A stretch of 64,000 nucleotides of DNA. It comes from the human T2T-CHM13v2.0 reference genome, Homo sapiens. Each line of letters opens with the position of its first letter. The stretch's first letter is position 1. The stretch is taken from NCBI RefSeq assembly GCF_009914755.1, contig NC_060935.1. One strand, written 5' to 3'. Shown one piece after another: positions 1-11,736 of the stretch. Under the pieces are notes generated by a model. The model was not told the origin of the DNA, did no database searches, and worked only from the letters and a program-made list of their open reading frames with translations. The translations under genes and the position numbers were made by a program.

Positions 1-66
1 CGAATGATTTGCCATGCCAGGGTGGGGGAGGGGGAGAAAGGGGCCAGAGCAAAGTTGGAGACACCA

Positions 67-205
67 GAGCACACCACGTCAGCCCACTCACCTGAACTGG
101 GACAGAGGGGCTGGGGGACCTGCCTGTGCTGGGGGGAGCACACCACGTCAGCCCACTCACCTGAACTGGGACAGAGGGGCTGGGGGACCTGCCTGTGCTG
201 GGGGG
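67..205. repeat. Two-copy 69-bp perfect tandem duplication
   Basis: gagcacaccacgtcagcccactcacctgaactgggacagaggggctgggggacctgcctgtgctggggg begins at 67 and again at 136. Confidence 0.95.
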
Positions 206-2364
206 CAGGGCCGGGGGACCCTCGGGAGGGTGGCCACTGAGGCATTTGGAAGGGGTCCCTTGAAGAGGGCACGGAGACAGGGACAGAGTGGGGTCCTGTC
301 ACCTGGGTAGAACGTGCCAGGCAACATCTCCAGCGCCTCAGCTTCAGCAGGTGGGAAGGAGCACACCTGGAGGACAGGCCCCTCAGCCGCCTGGCAGCCT
401 TAGGCTTTTTGGGTAAATGGACAAGAGCAGGGCAGGATCCTTCCCAGGTGGCCCCTTTCAGTAACTGGAACCCCTGTAGCTACGCAGGGCACTCAGGGGT
501 TGAGATCACCCGGAAACCCAGACAGCAGGGCGTGGCTTGTGTGGCCAGTGTGGGCTGCGCTCACCTTCCTGAGGCAGCACTGTCCAGCGCCCACCCAGTG
601 GACAGTTTTGTTGCAGAAGGAGCTGGGGTACCCTGTGTTATTTTTAGCCCCTTTCATGTGAGAGGCTCACTGGTAGGACACACGGGCCTTACTGAAAAGC
701 AGAACGCGTGAGGAGCCCTGTCTTCCCCAGGGTGGCCATGGGCGTCCCCGAGGGTCCCCTGTGCCTTGCCGCTCTGGCTGGGCAGGCAAAGCCCTCAGAG
801 CTCAAGTCAGGGAGGACGACCCTTCTAGCTCCAACCTTTACTGGCCCCAGGGTGGTGGCCAGATGACTCCCACAGGCAGGAGGTCCCATCTCAGTGCCAG
901 AGAAGTCCAAGTCCTCACGCTTACCCACGTGGAGGTGGCCTTTCACACACCACTCCCTCACGGGCTCTGGCCAAGGCCTGTGGCAGGCACTCTCCACACC
1001 AAGAGAACTGCCACTCTGGGCCCTAGTGCATGTTTTGCTGTCCCCACACTGAAAGCCCATTCATCCTATTGTCCCTAGGAAAGCCACAGCCACTGGGGAG
1101 GGGAGGAGAGGTGTGGGTCTCTTGCCTTTTGGGCCCATTCACGTGGATATGAACGGCCCACCCACCGCTTCTGAAAAGATCCATCCTACCACGGCTCTCT
1201 CTTCAAGACCTGGACTTGAGAGATGTCTGCTGGAGCCCTGGCTCTGTCAGATGCCAGCTTGGGTGCACTTTTCTCCTGTCTCCACATCTTCCCACATGAA
1301 GTGGGCTCCTCTCCCTCCTATGTGGTGGGTTACCCTGGGTGGAGGGGCTCTGGAGAGCATGAGGAGTGCACTGGTGTGACATCGTGACCGTGAATGGTGG
1401 TGGGCTGCAGTGTCTCAGTGAAAGGGTCATGGGCAAGAGGGGGAGAGCTGCAAACAGTAGAGATGCTGCCGTGTGGGGAGACTCCCTGGAGGGCAAGACT
1501 GAAGCCCCTGCCCGTCTGCTGGGGGCCAGTTCATCGACTTGCACTGGGGCTGTCTTTGGAGCTCAATGGCTGACCAGTTAGAGCAGCACTTCCCAAAGAG
1601 GAGCCCACAGACCCTTCATAGAAACCACCTGGGACACTGGTGGGCCGTGAGGACTCCTGAGCTCGTCTCAAACCTGTGGAAGCAGGAGTGCTGTGCATGG
1701 GGACCAGGTGTCTGCAATTAACAAACTCCCCAGACACTGAGAGACCCTGAACCTTAGAGGCCATTTGGTTGGGCCTTGGTTTTCATTCCAGGGTATGCAC
1801 AAAGCTAATGGCCCAGAACCCTCCAGGAGCTAAAAGCAAAGGGAGTGACCTGGAGACGGGCCCCGCTGCTGGTCTAGTCTGTCTCTCTCCGTTTTTTTCT
1901 TTTCTCTTTCTTTACCATGGATGTATATTTGGGTGAAACCACCCATCAGTTACCTAGGTTCCCCTAAGCTGTGGGTCAGTTTCCTACTTGATGTTAGTCA
2001 CTGTTGCTTAAAGTGTGGACTAGTCCATAGTGAGAAAGGAGGGGCAAATCTGAAAGGGGCCTGTGCTGTGGACTGAGGCTTCAATCCTACTGTGAGAAGT
2101 GTTTGCAGGGGCTGGTGGGTGCACTGCTGGGCCAGGGACCCCATCCACCCATAGGGTGTTCACGTGCTATTTTCCAGAGGGCTGGGTGCCCCTGAGTGGG
2201 AGATGTTACAAACCAGGCATCCCCATCTAGAACCTGCCCCCACCCTCAATGGTGGCTTGCTGGTCATTGGTTATACTGCTCACACCAACAGGCACAAGGC
2301 AGGTGAGACTCTGAGGATTCCTCCACTGTTTCTGGGCCCAGTTACTCACAATCAAGAAATCAGA

Positions 2365-2750
<386 letters not shown>

Positions 2751-3576
2751 CTAGTATCTCAGTTTATACTCTCAAGAGAGAGGTGGCCTATGGACATAGG
2801 ATACACGAAAAAACCTGCAACCCCCCCTTCTCTGGTACTCAAAGAAGGTCGAAAGACCAGCTCCAGTTCCAACTTAAAACTGGGGGTGCTGTGGCCTGTT
2901 CTTCTGTGTTTATTCCAGAGTCACAAGAGCACAGTTTTGGGGAAGGCTTATTTGTCCACGTTGATAAAACAATTAAGCCAAGATGATTGAAATCAAATAA
3001 TGGGTAAGTTGAAAGCCACTGCATTCAGAGGTGATTTGGGGTGTTAATTAGGGCCAAGGACCTTGGGGCACAGGGAATGTTTCCTATAAAATGGGAAAAC
3101 ATCTTACAAGAAGACATATGCCCACAGAGGACTAGAGGAGGAGGGGTAGCTGGGGTAAAGTTCTGGTCTCCATGTGCTTTTGCTAAAGCTGACTACATGG
3201 TGACTGTGCCTGCAGCCCTGACTCTGGGCAGCTCCACCGTGGCAGCATGACTGGTGCCTGGCCTTGGTGCTCACCAGGCCTGTGAAGCAGAGGCAAGTAA
3301 AGCCCCAGAGTGAGAGCACCTACCTCACGCCTGGGCAGTATTCACCACGGGTATCTCTGGCCCAGAGGGTTGCCCCAGTGCTGCCCTCACTGGGAAAATA
3401 CCCAGCTGTTCCCAGGTAGTTGGGATTGATTTTGGTTTTTGTAAGGAAAGGCTCTGCAGGCAGCTGTGTGTGTGGTTAGGAAGCGAAGAGGAGGCTCTGC
3501 AAACACCTCGGTGGGCAGCGGGAGCGCGAGAGTGGCACACACGGGGTCACGCAGCAGCACAGCAGGTGGCACTTAC

Positions 3577-3598
3577 TTCTGTTCAGCACGACCCTCTT
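3577..3598 (-). CDS. SHANK2: Candidate SHANK2 22-nt stop-containing microexon (R|RGSC*) in the last intron
   Basis: gttaacag|AAGAGGGTCGTGCTGAACAGAA|gtaagt with long pyrimidine/YCAY tract upstream; in frame with the phase-2 end of the giant exon gives TGA. Confidence 0.6.
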
Positions 3599-4603
3599 CT
3601 GTTAACACCGGTCATGGGAGCAAATGAAAATGACAAATGGAATGACTTGAGACAACACTGCAAAAATTAATGAACAAGAAAGGAAGAAACAGAAAAAAGC
3701 TGCTTTTCGACAGATGAAATGAAGGCAGTGGGGCAGACCCTGGCTGAAAGCCCATCCGTGGTGGTCCCTTCGGCCTGCCACAGCCTGCCCAGAGCTGAAA
3801 CATCAATATGGCATCACTTTCATAGGGAGCGTGGGAAACTCACAAGCTTGTCTTCTCCTTCTTTGGCTTGGGATAATGTAACCACTTGTAAAGAAGAAAA
3901 ATAACCAGGAAAAAAGAAAGAAAATAGTAGCATTGGAGTGAAGTTCGCCTCTGCCTGAAGCCCACTGAGAAGCAGCTTATTGCCAATTTCCTACCTCAGG
4001 TGCCTGAACTGTCTTTCCTGTGGCTTAGGGAGGATAAACGAACATTCCTGGTGGGGGAGGGCACCCCAACAGGACAAGTGCTTTGCTTCAAGTCTACATC
4101 ATGAGATGACAGCCCAGCCGTTAATCACATGGGCGTCAAGTGCTTGGGGCCTGCCAGTGTCCTGCCCCACATTGCTATAGAAAGTAACCGCCTGTGAGTG
4201 TGAGACGCAGGGTGAAGGCCACCCTGGGCTGCCCGCCCTGCCCTCCTCAGCAGCTTGACTCTCTTGGTTAATCACATTGATGATATTCACTGGATCTTCC
4301 CGGTTGCACAGATGGTTACGTTGCTAAGCAACCGCTGGGTTCCCAGTCGGAACACACAGGAATCTGCTGCCCTGATTTAGAACACAGACACATATACACA
4401 CTCACACCCAACTCCCCACCAGGTCACCACTGTCTACCCTGCCTTTTAAATCACATTCATGTAGAAATGTGAGAATTAAAAAAAATCAAGGTAATTGAGA
4501 CACTCAGAGAGGTGCTCTTATTTCATCAGTCAGTACAAGTTAATTGGGGTGAGGTAAGTAAAGAAGCAAGTGGCTTTTTTACTGTTTACAAATTCAATTT
4601 GGC

Positions 4604-4697
4604 TTTTTTTTTTTTGGAGACGGGGTCATGCAGCAATCATAGCTCACTGCAGCCTCAACCTCCTCAAGTGATCCTCCTGCATCAGCCTCTGGCATAG
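4604..4697 (-). mobile_element. Degraded Alu fragment
   Basis: polyT-ggagacggggtc...agctcactgcagcctcaacctcc. Confidence 0.75.
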
Positions 4698-6959
4698 CTA
4701 GAGTAATCTGCTCTTTAACTGTAGCTGAACATGGGCCAGGGGCTGGTCAGTGATGCTGATTAGGCATGCTGGTTCTGTCCCTCCCATGAGCCGCCTGTCA
4801 AGGGCCTGCTGGGCCTGGCCAGCACTGAGGCTGGACTTGGAGCCTGTCAACATATGTTCTCTCCAGCACACCGCACGCCTCTGCATTTTAGTGATGAGCC
4901 CCCATCTTGCATGAAAATAGCACTTATTTCCAAACTGCTTTCTTATTTTTTCCATCTTTACAGCCTCCTGATAAGCAGGGCATTGAAAAGATAGAACCGG
5001 AGGCAGCAAGTCCTTACCTAGCTTCCCCGAGGCCTGGATGTGGGGACTGGAGCCCATATTGCCCAGCTGTGCCATGTGTTATGTTGTGTCTCAGCAGCTG
5101 CCAGGCCTCCGCCTCACCCCCAGCTCTGAGTGCCATGAGGGGGTCCTGGTCTAGTTTTAGTCCTTGAGGTCTGGCCCAGAACAGGGGTGCGATAAATAAT
5201 TGTTGACTGAAGTGTTGATGGATAATATATCCTTTTCCCAGATCAGAAAGTTAAGTGACTTGACCGAGTTACAGAGCCAGACCTGGGAGTGGGGCAGGCA
5301 GCCTGAGGCTCCGCGGCAGTTCCACCAGGAATCCAGGTCTTCAGGCCAGGAGGTTCGCAGCTAAGATCAAGAAGGTGCCCACCTCTTGGGAAGAGAGATT
5401 AACCCTGTGATATGCTTTTGCCAAAAGGGCCTCATGTCCAAAATGGGGAGGAAGATTCTGACTTGAGATTTGCCTGTTGATGGGCAAGGACGAGGCACTC
5501 CCATTCATCCTTGCCCAACGCCCGCAAGTACCAGCCCCGATGGACGCACATCCTGACTAGTGCTCCCAGCCACCCACAGTCGCATTCACTGATGTCACAT
5601 TCACTTTTCCATCAGGGCCTGGAAACCCTCAAACCACCTAGTGGTCCTGAGATGCTGAAAACACCGTGAGGCAGCTTCTAGTACCAAGTCAGTTTTGAAG
5701 CAGTCTGTGCTCTGGGACCAGCTGGGCAGAGATAACTTTTTAACAACCCAAAGTTATTTGAAAATCAAGAGGCTGTCAGGATAATACTGCAGAGAGCCCA
5801 GTAGGGACTGGAGGCCTTGGGAAGGGGAGGCAGGTACCGTGAGGCAGCAGGCGCAGGGGCCTCGGGAGGAAAACTCGCCTGAGCTCACATCCCAGGTAGC
5901 CTGAACTCCCTCAGGGGCCTCTGGGACCTGGAGTTTCACAGGACAAATCTCCCTGAAGCCCATCCATCCCATGGGGAAGCGAAGGCCAATCTCGAGGTCC
6001 CTTCTGGACCCCACCCACTGCAAAGGGCTGGCGACCTAGAGGGGACTCTGGGGAACTCTTATAGGCCATGCACCCTAACAGAAGCCATGGGGGACCCCCA
6101 CAAGCACACACTCACTGCTCTGTTGCCCCCACATACAGAGCAAATGTGAAGCTGACCTCTGCCATGGAAGCGATGGTAAAGAACATCAGATTTATCTGGC
6201 TTTACTATCGGCGCCTGGTATGTGTCAGTATCTCTCAATAAAGCTGGAGGGCACATGACACCTGGGGCTCCTGGGTCATAGCAAGTTTGTTTTGGGTCAA
6301 AGCATATAAGTCAGGCAAGCTGCTGTGTTCTCCTGGGTTCCTTAGGCACTTAGCCCTTGAGTCTCCCTGCTTGTCTCCAGAATGCAGGCCCTACACTCCC
6401 ACAGCAGCCTCCCTGTGCCACCAGTGCATTCACCTGATCACACAGCTGCCTGGGCCATCTTCAGGAAACAAAGTCTGGTCATGCCAAGACTTTGCTGAAG
6501 CCCTCTGAAGGCAGCCATATCTGGAACTCCATTCAGCTCATGCCCATTACCTGCAAGCCTCTTGTGACCTGGCCCTGCCCAGCCCTCCTCATCTGGCCAT
6601 GGTTTCATGAGCACAGAAGGCACTTTCTGGCCTCAGGGCCTTGTACTCTCTGTCCCGTGCCTGGGATGCTCCACTCCTGGTTTTCTGCAAGGTTGGCTCC
6701 TTTTTAAATTTCTGGTCATTCAAATGTCATTTCCTTGCAGAGTGTCAGTCCCTTTCTGCACATGCTCACTGTAACCTGCTAGGGCATCCTAGTCCGCCCT
6801 TTCTGCATGTGGTCAGGGTTAACCTGCTGGTGTCCCGTGGCTCTCTTCTGCACGTGGTTATTTTTACCTGCTGGTGCATCACAGCCCCTTTCTGCACTGG
6901 TCACTAACCTATTAGCATGTTGTGGCTCCTTTGTGGCATTTGTCACAGTTTGGGTTTGT

Positions 6960-7110
6960 CTTATTATTTGTTGTCCATTTCTCCCCTCGAGAATTTGAGC
7001 TCCCCAAAGGGAGGGGCATCTGGAATGTTTTCTTGTTCAGTGATAAATCCTGGGCACAGCATGGCACCTGGCACATAAAGGCAATCCCTAACTTTGTTGA
7101 GTGAATGATT
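6960..7110. mobile_element. L2 3' end fragment
   Basis: tgagctcc...gcacctggcacata...tttgttgagtgaatga, typical L2 terminus. Confidence 0.6.
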
Positions 7111-9840
7111 AGTGACGGAATTGCTGCCCCATTCTGAGGGTCCAGGCATCCTTGTTGGTGTATTCCTCGTTACTCTCTAGCCTCAGCCTGGCACTAGGCT
7201 TATAGAAAGTAGCTCAGTGAACTCCTGACTGGTGAATTCAGGAGACAGTGGGGCTGGGCCATGATTCCAAGTCTGAGTGTCCAGTCAGTCTCCTAGGCCT
7301 GCACCTGAGGAGCTTCCGGCTCTGAGCTTTTGCAGCCCCAGGCTCCTGTGCTGGGACCCCCAGCGTGCAGCACTGTCAGGCCTCTGGGCTGGCAGCTGTT
7401 GTCTTGGCATTCTGCTGAGGAGGGACCACTGACTCTTCACAGAGACACACTCACTCTTCCTTCCCCAAACCAGTTTCCTTCACTTTGATCCAGTTTGAGA
7501 TCAAAGATGAGACTACCTCCTGGAATAATCAGGCCAGGTGGTCCTGGAACACTTTTCTTAGAACTGACGCCTCCATTCTTGGCAGGGTGTTTTCAGATCA
7601 CCCTGGGAGATGCCTCTAATATGATGTACTTTTTTCTCTTTTAACATTATGTACTAAAGAGAACTACTTCATCATCTTCCTTTCGTCGGCGTATTTGTAA
7701 TTAAGACGCCTGCAAATTCCATGTCATCCTTGATTTCAGGGAAGAGCTTTGAGCATCAGAGACTCATTCACGGCTAAAGTTAAATCAAACATACCCAAGG
7801 AAAACAAGGATCTAGTTGTTTAATCTTCAGCTGCTTCCTTTGATCCCATCCTGGATTCTTGCAAGAAGTGAAAAGAAAGGAAGAATCCAAGGATGAGAGG
7901 AACTTTAAAAGGGTCAAGTTCAGCTGAGGTTTCTGCCCATTTCATGAATGAACATTTGAGGAACAGCTCTAAAAATTGTCCCTTTCTTGGGCAGTCAAAA
8001 CTTGTTTCTATGGAAATGGGATTTTTACACCACTGCTTATCTGTCATTTCAAAAAGCATGGCTGGTTTTCAATTTTCCCTAGAAAAACTCATTTCTTTTT
8101 CCTCGGTAGGAATTCCCTTCATCCAATTTCGTGCCTCATTTTGCCCAGGGCCATTCACAGCTCTTAATTTTTAGATGCATTTAAAGGTGGTGGTGAGTCG
8201 CCCAGGCGGTGAACTCAGGTGAGAGTTCTTAAGGCTCCCTCTGATCCTCAGATGATCAAATGCCCAGGGCCCATCAGTGAAGACCACGCCCAGCAAAGGA
8301 GACATGCTGAGAGATAGGTCTGTGGCTGAGAGGAGACAGCCCTCACGGCAAGGGGGACAGCTCTGGTGCCCTGGCAACTCCGTCCTGGACCCCCCCCAGT
8401 GGTGGTTCTGACTGCCCCCCACTTGTCCTTGTCAGTGTGTCCCGTGGCCGTGGCGCACCTCCATGGGGGCTTTGTCCCAAGTGCTCAGCCTGGTGAGGTT
8501 ATTAGATCCGAGAAGCAAGGGCGAGGGAGAGGATTGAGCCTAGTTTAGTGCCTACAGTGAATGCTCTTCATCTTTGTCCTCTGGCCTCAGGCCATCCTGT
8601 TTCTAGTCCAACTCTGAGTGTAAAGTGTAACCCTTGGCCGGGAGCAAGAAGGGAACAGACATGGCCTCTGGGAGCTTGGCAGTGCCAGTGAACCCCTAGT
8701 GACTAAGCCTGCTGTTATCGGCCGCAGGGTGACCTCCTAGTGACTAAGCCTGCTATTAGCCTCTTGCTGACCAAAGAGCTTGGCCTAAGGACAGTCAGAG
8801 GCCTGAGAGCAGCCCCGCCCGCGGCAGTCTCAGCCTTGCAGGTGTTCGGTTTGCCAGTTGGTCATTCCTTCCAAGGCAGTCCCTGGCTCCCACAAGGTGA
8901 GGAGTCAAACCCTGAGCCAGCTCCATGGGTTGGAGGTCTAGTTCCGCGTCTTCCTGTGAAGTAGCCTCGGCTCAGTAGCTTCACCGCCCTGCCTTCTGCT
9001 TCCTTGTTCACACAGTGGGAAAAATTACAGGCCCTGGCTCAGGGGTGCCGTGGAATGTAGTGCCTGGCGTTTGGTGAATGCTTTGTGTCATAGGTGTGGG
9101 CTCCTGTTCTTACTGTAAGAGAGCCGGGCTATAAATAACAGGACAGCTGGGAGGCGGCCGTTCTTGGCACTCACGCGTGGGTCGGCGGTGGTATGCAGCT
9201 GCTCTCCTTCAGAGTACAGCAGGATTCTGCCCTATGAAGTCTGCTTTGAGCCAGCCCCCTCTCAGGGTCCCCCTGGAGAAATGCAGGGCAGAGAAACCCT
9301 AGAGACGCTGCAAGTTGGGGTCCCACTCCCCTGTGGGCACCCCAGGAGCTGGCCCAGCCTGAAGACGAGTAGAGGGGATGAGCTGTCCAGCTGCCACTCA
9401 GGGAGAGGTCTCCATGGACGGGGTCCCTGGACTCCCCGAGTGGAGTGCTCAGGGGAGCACAGCTTGGTGCAGGATGCCCTGCTGACCTGAACAGTGGATT
9501 CCTTCCTCCAGCCCTAGAGCCATTCCCTTCCAGCTCCTTCCTTACTGCAGACATTGCTTACAAGGGGAAGTGAGAGTCAGGAAACCCCAGCCTGTGTCCC
9601 AGCTCTGCCTCCTGCTGGCTGTGTATGTGGACAAGCCACTTATCCTCTGAAAAATGGGTGTGACTCATACCTGCTCCCCAGTTGTCATAAAAATTACCCA
9701 CCCATGAGAAAGTGTTTTGTAAAAATGTGAAACACTAAGATAAGGCCTCTTTAATTATTGCTTCCACATAGAGTAATGACGGAAGAGCCACATTAGTATG
9801 TAATGGGGAAGGGTTAAACTAGTCAGTTTTTCAGATTTTT

Positions 9841-10149
9841 GGCCCAGTGCAGTGACTCATGCCTGCAATCCCAGCACTTTGGGAGGCTGAGGTGAGTGGT
9901 TCGTTTGAGCCCAGGAGTTCGAGACCAGCCTGGGACACATGGTGAGACCTCATCTCTACCAAAAAAAAAAAAAAAAAAAAAAAAATAGCTGGGTGTGGTG
10001 GCATGCGTCTATTGTCCTAGCTACTCAGGAGGCTAGGTGAGGTGTGAGGATTGCTTAAGCCCAGGAGGTCTAGGCTGCAAGGCTGCAATGAGCCGTGATC
10101 ACGTCACAGCACTCCAGCCTGAGCGGCAAAGCAACACCCTTTCTCAAAA
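9841..10149 (+). mobile_element. Alu (AluJ/S-like) with long central poly(A)
   Basis: gcctgcaatcccagcactttgggaggctgagg...gcactccagcctgagc. Confidence 0.93.
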
Positions 10150-10626
10150 TTCCTGGAGGCTGTTGAGTGTACTTGTAGGTGTATACGTACATAATTCTTA
10201 GACTTTCTCCTTGACTGGAGGCACTGTCTGAATGTCTGCAGTGTAACTGTGCTTCTCTATACCAATGCCAGCCTATCGATACTCCTTTAGAGTAATAGAT
10301 GACATCCAAGTCATTTATTTACATCCACACTGAAAAATAACTGGGAAAATTGGGGCTCTCAGTCTGCATCTTGAGCCCCAGCTGTATGTGATGTCACTGA
10401 TTAATGCACTGAGTGGCTTAAATCAAATGCCTGCCCAGCAGGGGTATGGAGAGAGGCTTCATTAGTCAAAATGATGAAACCCAAGATCAAATATCAGTGG
10501 GAGAGACTGAAGATGCTGCCACCTGGGGAACAGCAAAATGGTGCACACCACAGGGAAGGAGAACCAAGAACCATAAGCCATCACGGGAGCCAATGGGGCT
10601 CCCCAAAGCCACAGACTGCTGAGCCC

Positions 10627-11012
10627 TGATACGGTTTGGATCTGTGTTCCCACCCAAATCTCATATGTGAAATTGTAGTCTCCAGTGTTGGAGGAGGTGC
10701 CTGGTGGGAGGTGATCAGATCATGGTGGGGGAGTTCTCATGAACGGTTTAGCACCATCTTCCCTGGCTACTGTACATAGTGAGCTCTCATGAGATCAGGT
10801 TGTTTAAATAGACTGTGGTACCTCCCCCGACTCCCTCTTGCTCCCCCTTTGGTGATCACTGAAAGTTTCTTGAGGCTTCTCCAGAAGCCAAGCAGAAGCC
10901 AACATCATGCTTCCCATATAGCCTGCAGAACTCGAGCCAATTAAACCTCATTTTTTTATAAATTACCCAGTCTCAGCTATTTCTTTATAGCAGTGCAAGA
11001 ATGATCAAATAT
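10627..11012 (+). mobile_element. MaLR solo LTR (MST-like)
   Basis: tgatacggtttggatctgtgttcccacccaaatctcat...aattacccagtctcag.tatttctttatagcagtg. Confidence 0.88.
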
Positions 11013-11736
11013 AGGCTCCTTCCAGACAGCCTCAGATAGAGCCCTCTGGTTGCGTCTAGAAATGACTCCTGACTTATTCTACGTTCAGTTCCAATGGAAA
11101 TAATGTAAACCCTGCACAATACTGTGAAGGGCTGACATGGACACAGCTAGAGGCTTCTGCCCCTGGGACAGGATGGGCTGGCAGGGAAGAATGTACTGCA
11201 CTTAGAGTTCACCAGTACAGCCATGACCCTGTGCCTCCCAAGCCCGCAAACCTGGTAGTGATGGGAGGGGAAGAAGAACCCACACGTGTATTCAGACACC
11301 TGCACCCACCGCCCACCCACTCGCTGCCCTCTTGGGGCAGCTAGTCTCCTGCAACCAACTCGAAGCTTGGTTTGGGCTTTGGCGAGGCTCTAAATGGCCT
11401 TCTAGGTGGTCCTGGCAGAGATCTGGAGGGCACAGAAGAGAGAGTAGAGCTTCTCTTTGGAAGCCAAGGTGAGGAGGGCTTCCAGCAACCTCATTTCATT
11501 ACAAGTCTTTATGAAGGAGTGCTGTGTCCCACCAGGATGGCTGTGATCATTACTCGGCTATCCCGGAGTCCAGGAGCATGAGAAAAAGAAGTGTTACTGC
11601 ATTAACAGACGTGGCCCACACAGGCTTTACGAATTCCCCTCTTCGTGTCCGCTGGGGCTGCTACCCGAGGGCCTTTCCTGGTCAGCAGGGACAGTGCACG
11701 CAGAGCGGTGTGCATGTGCACCAACCGCGGACTTAC

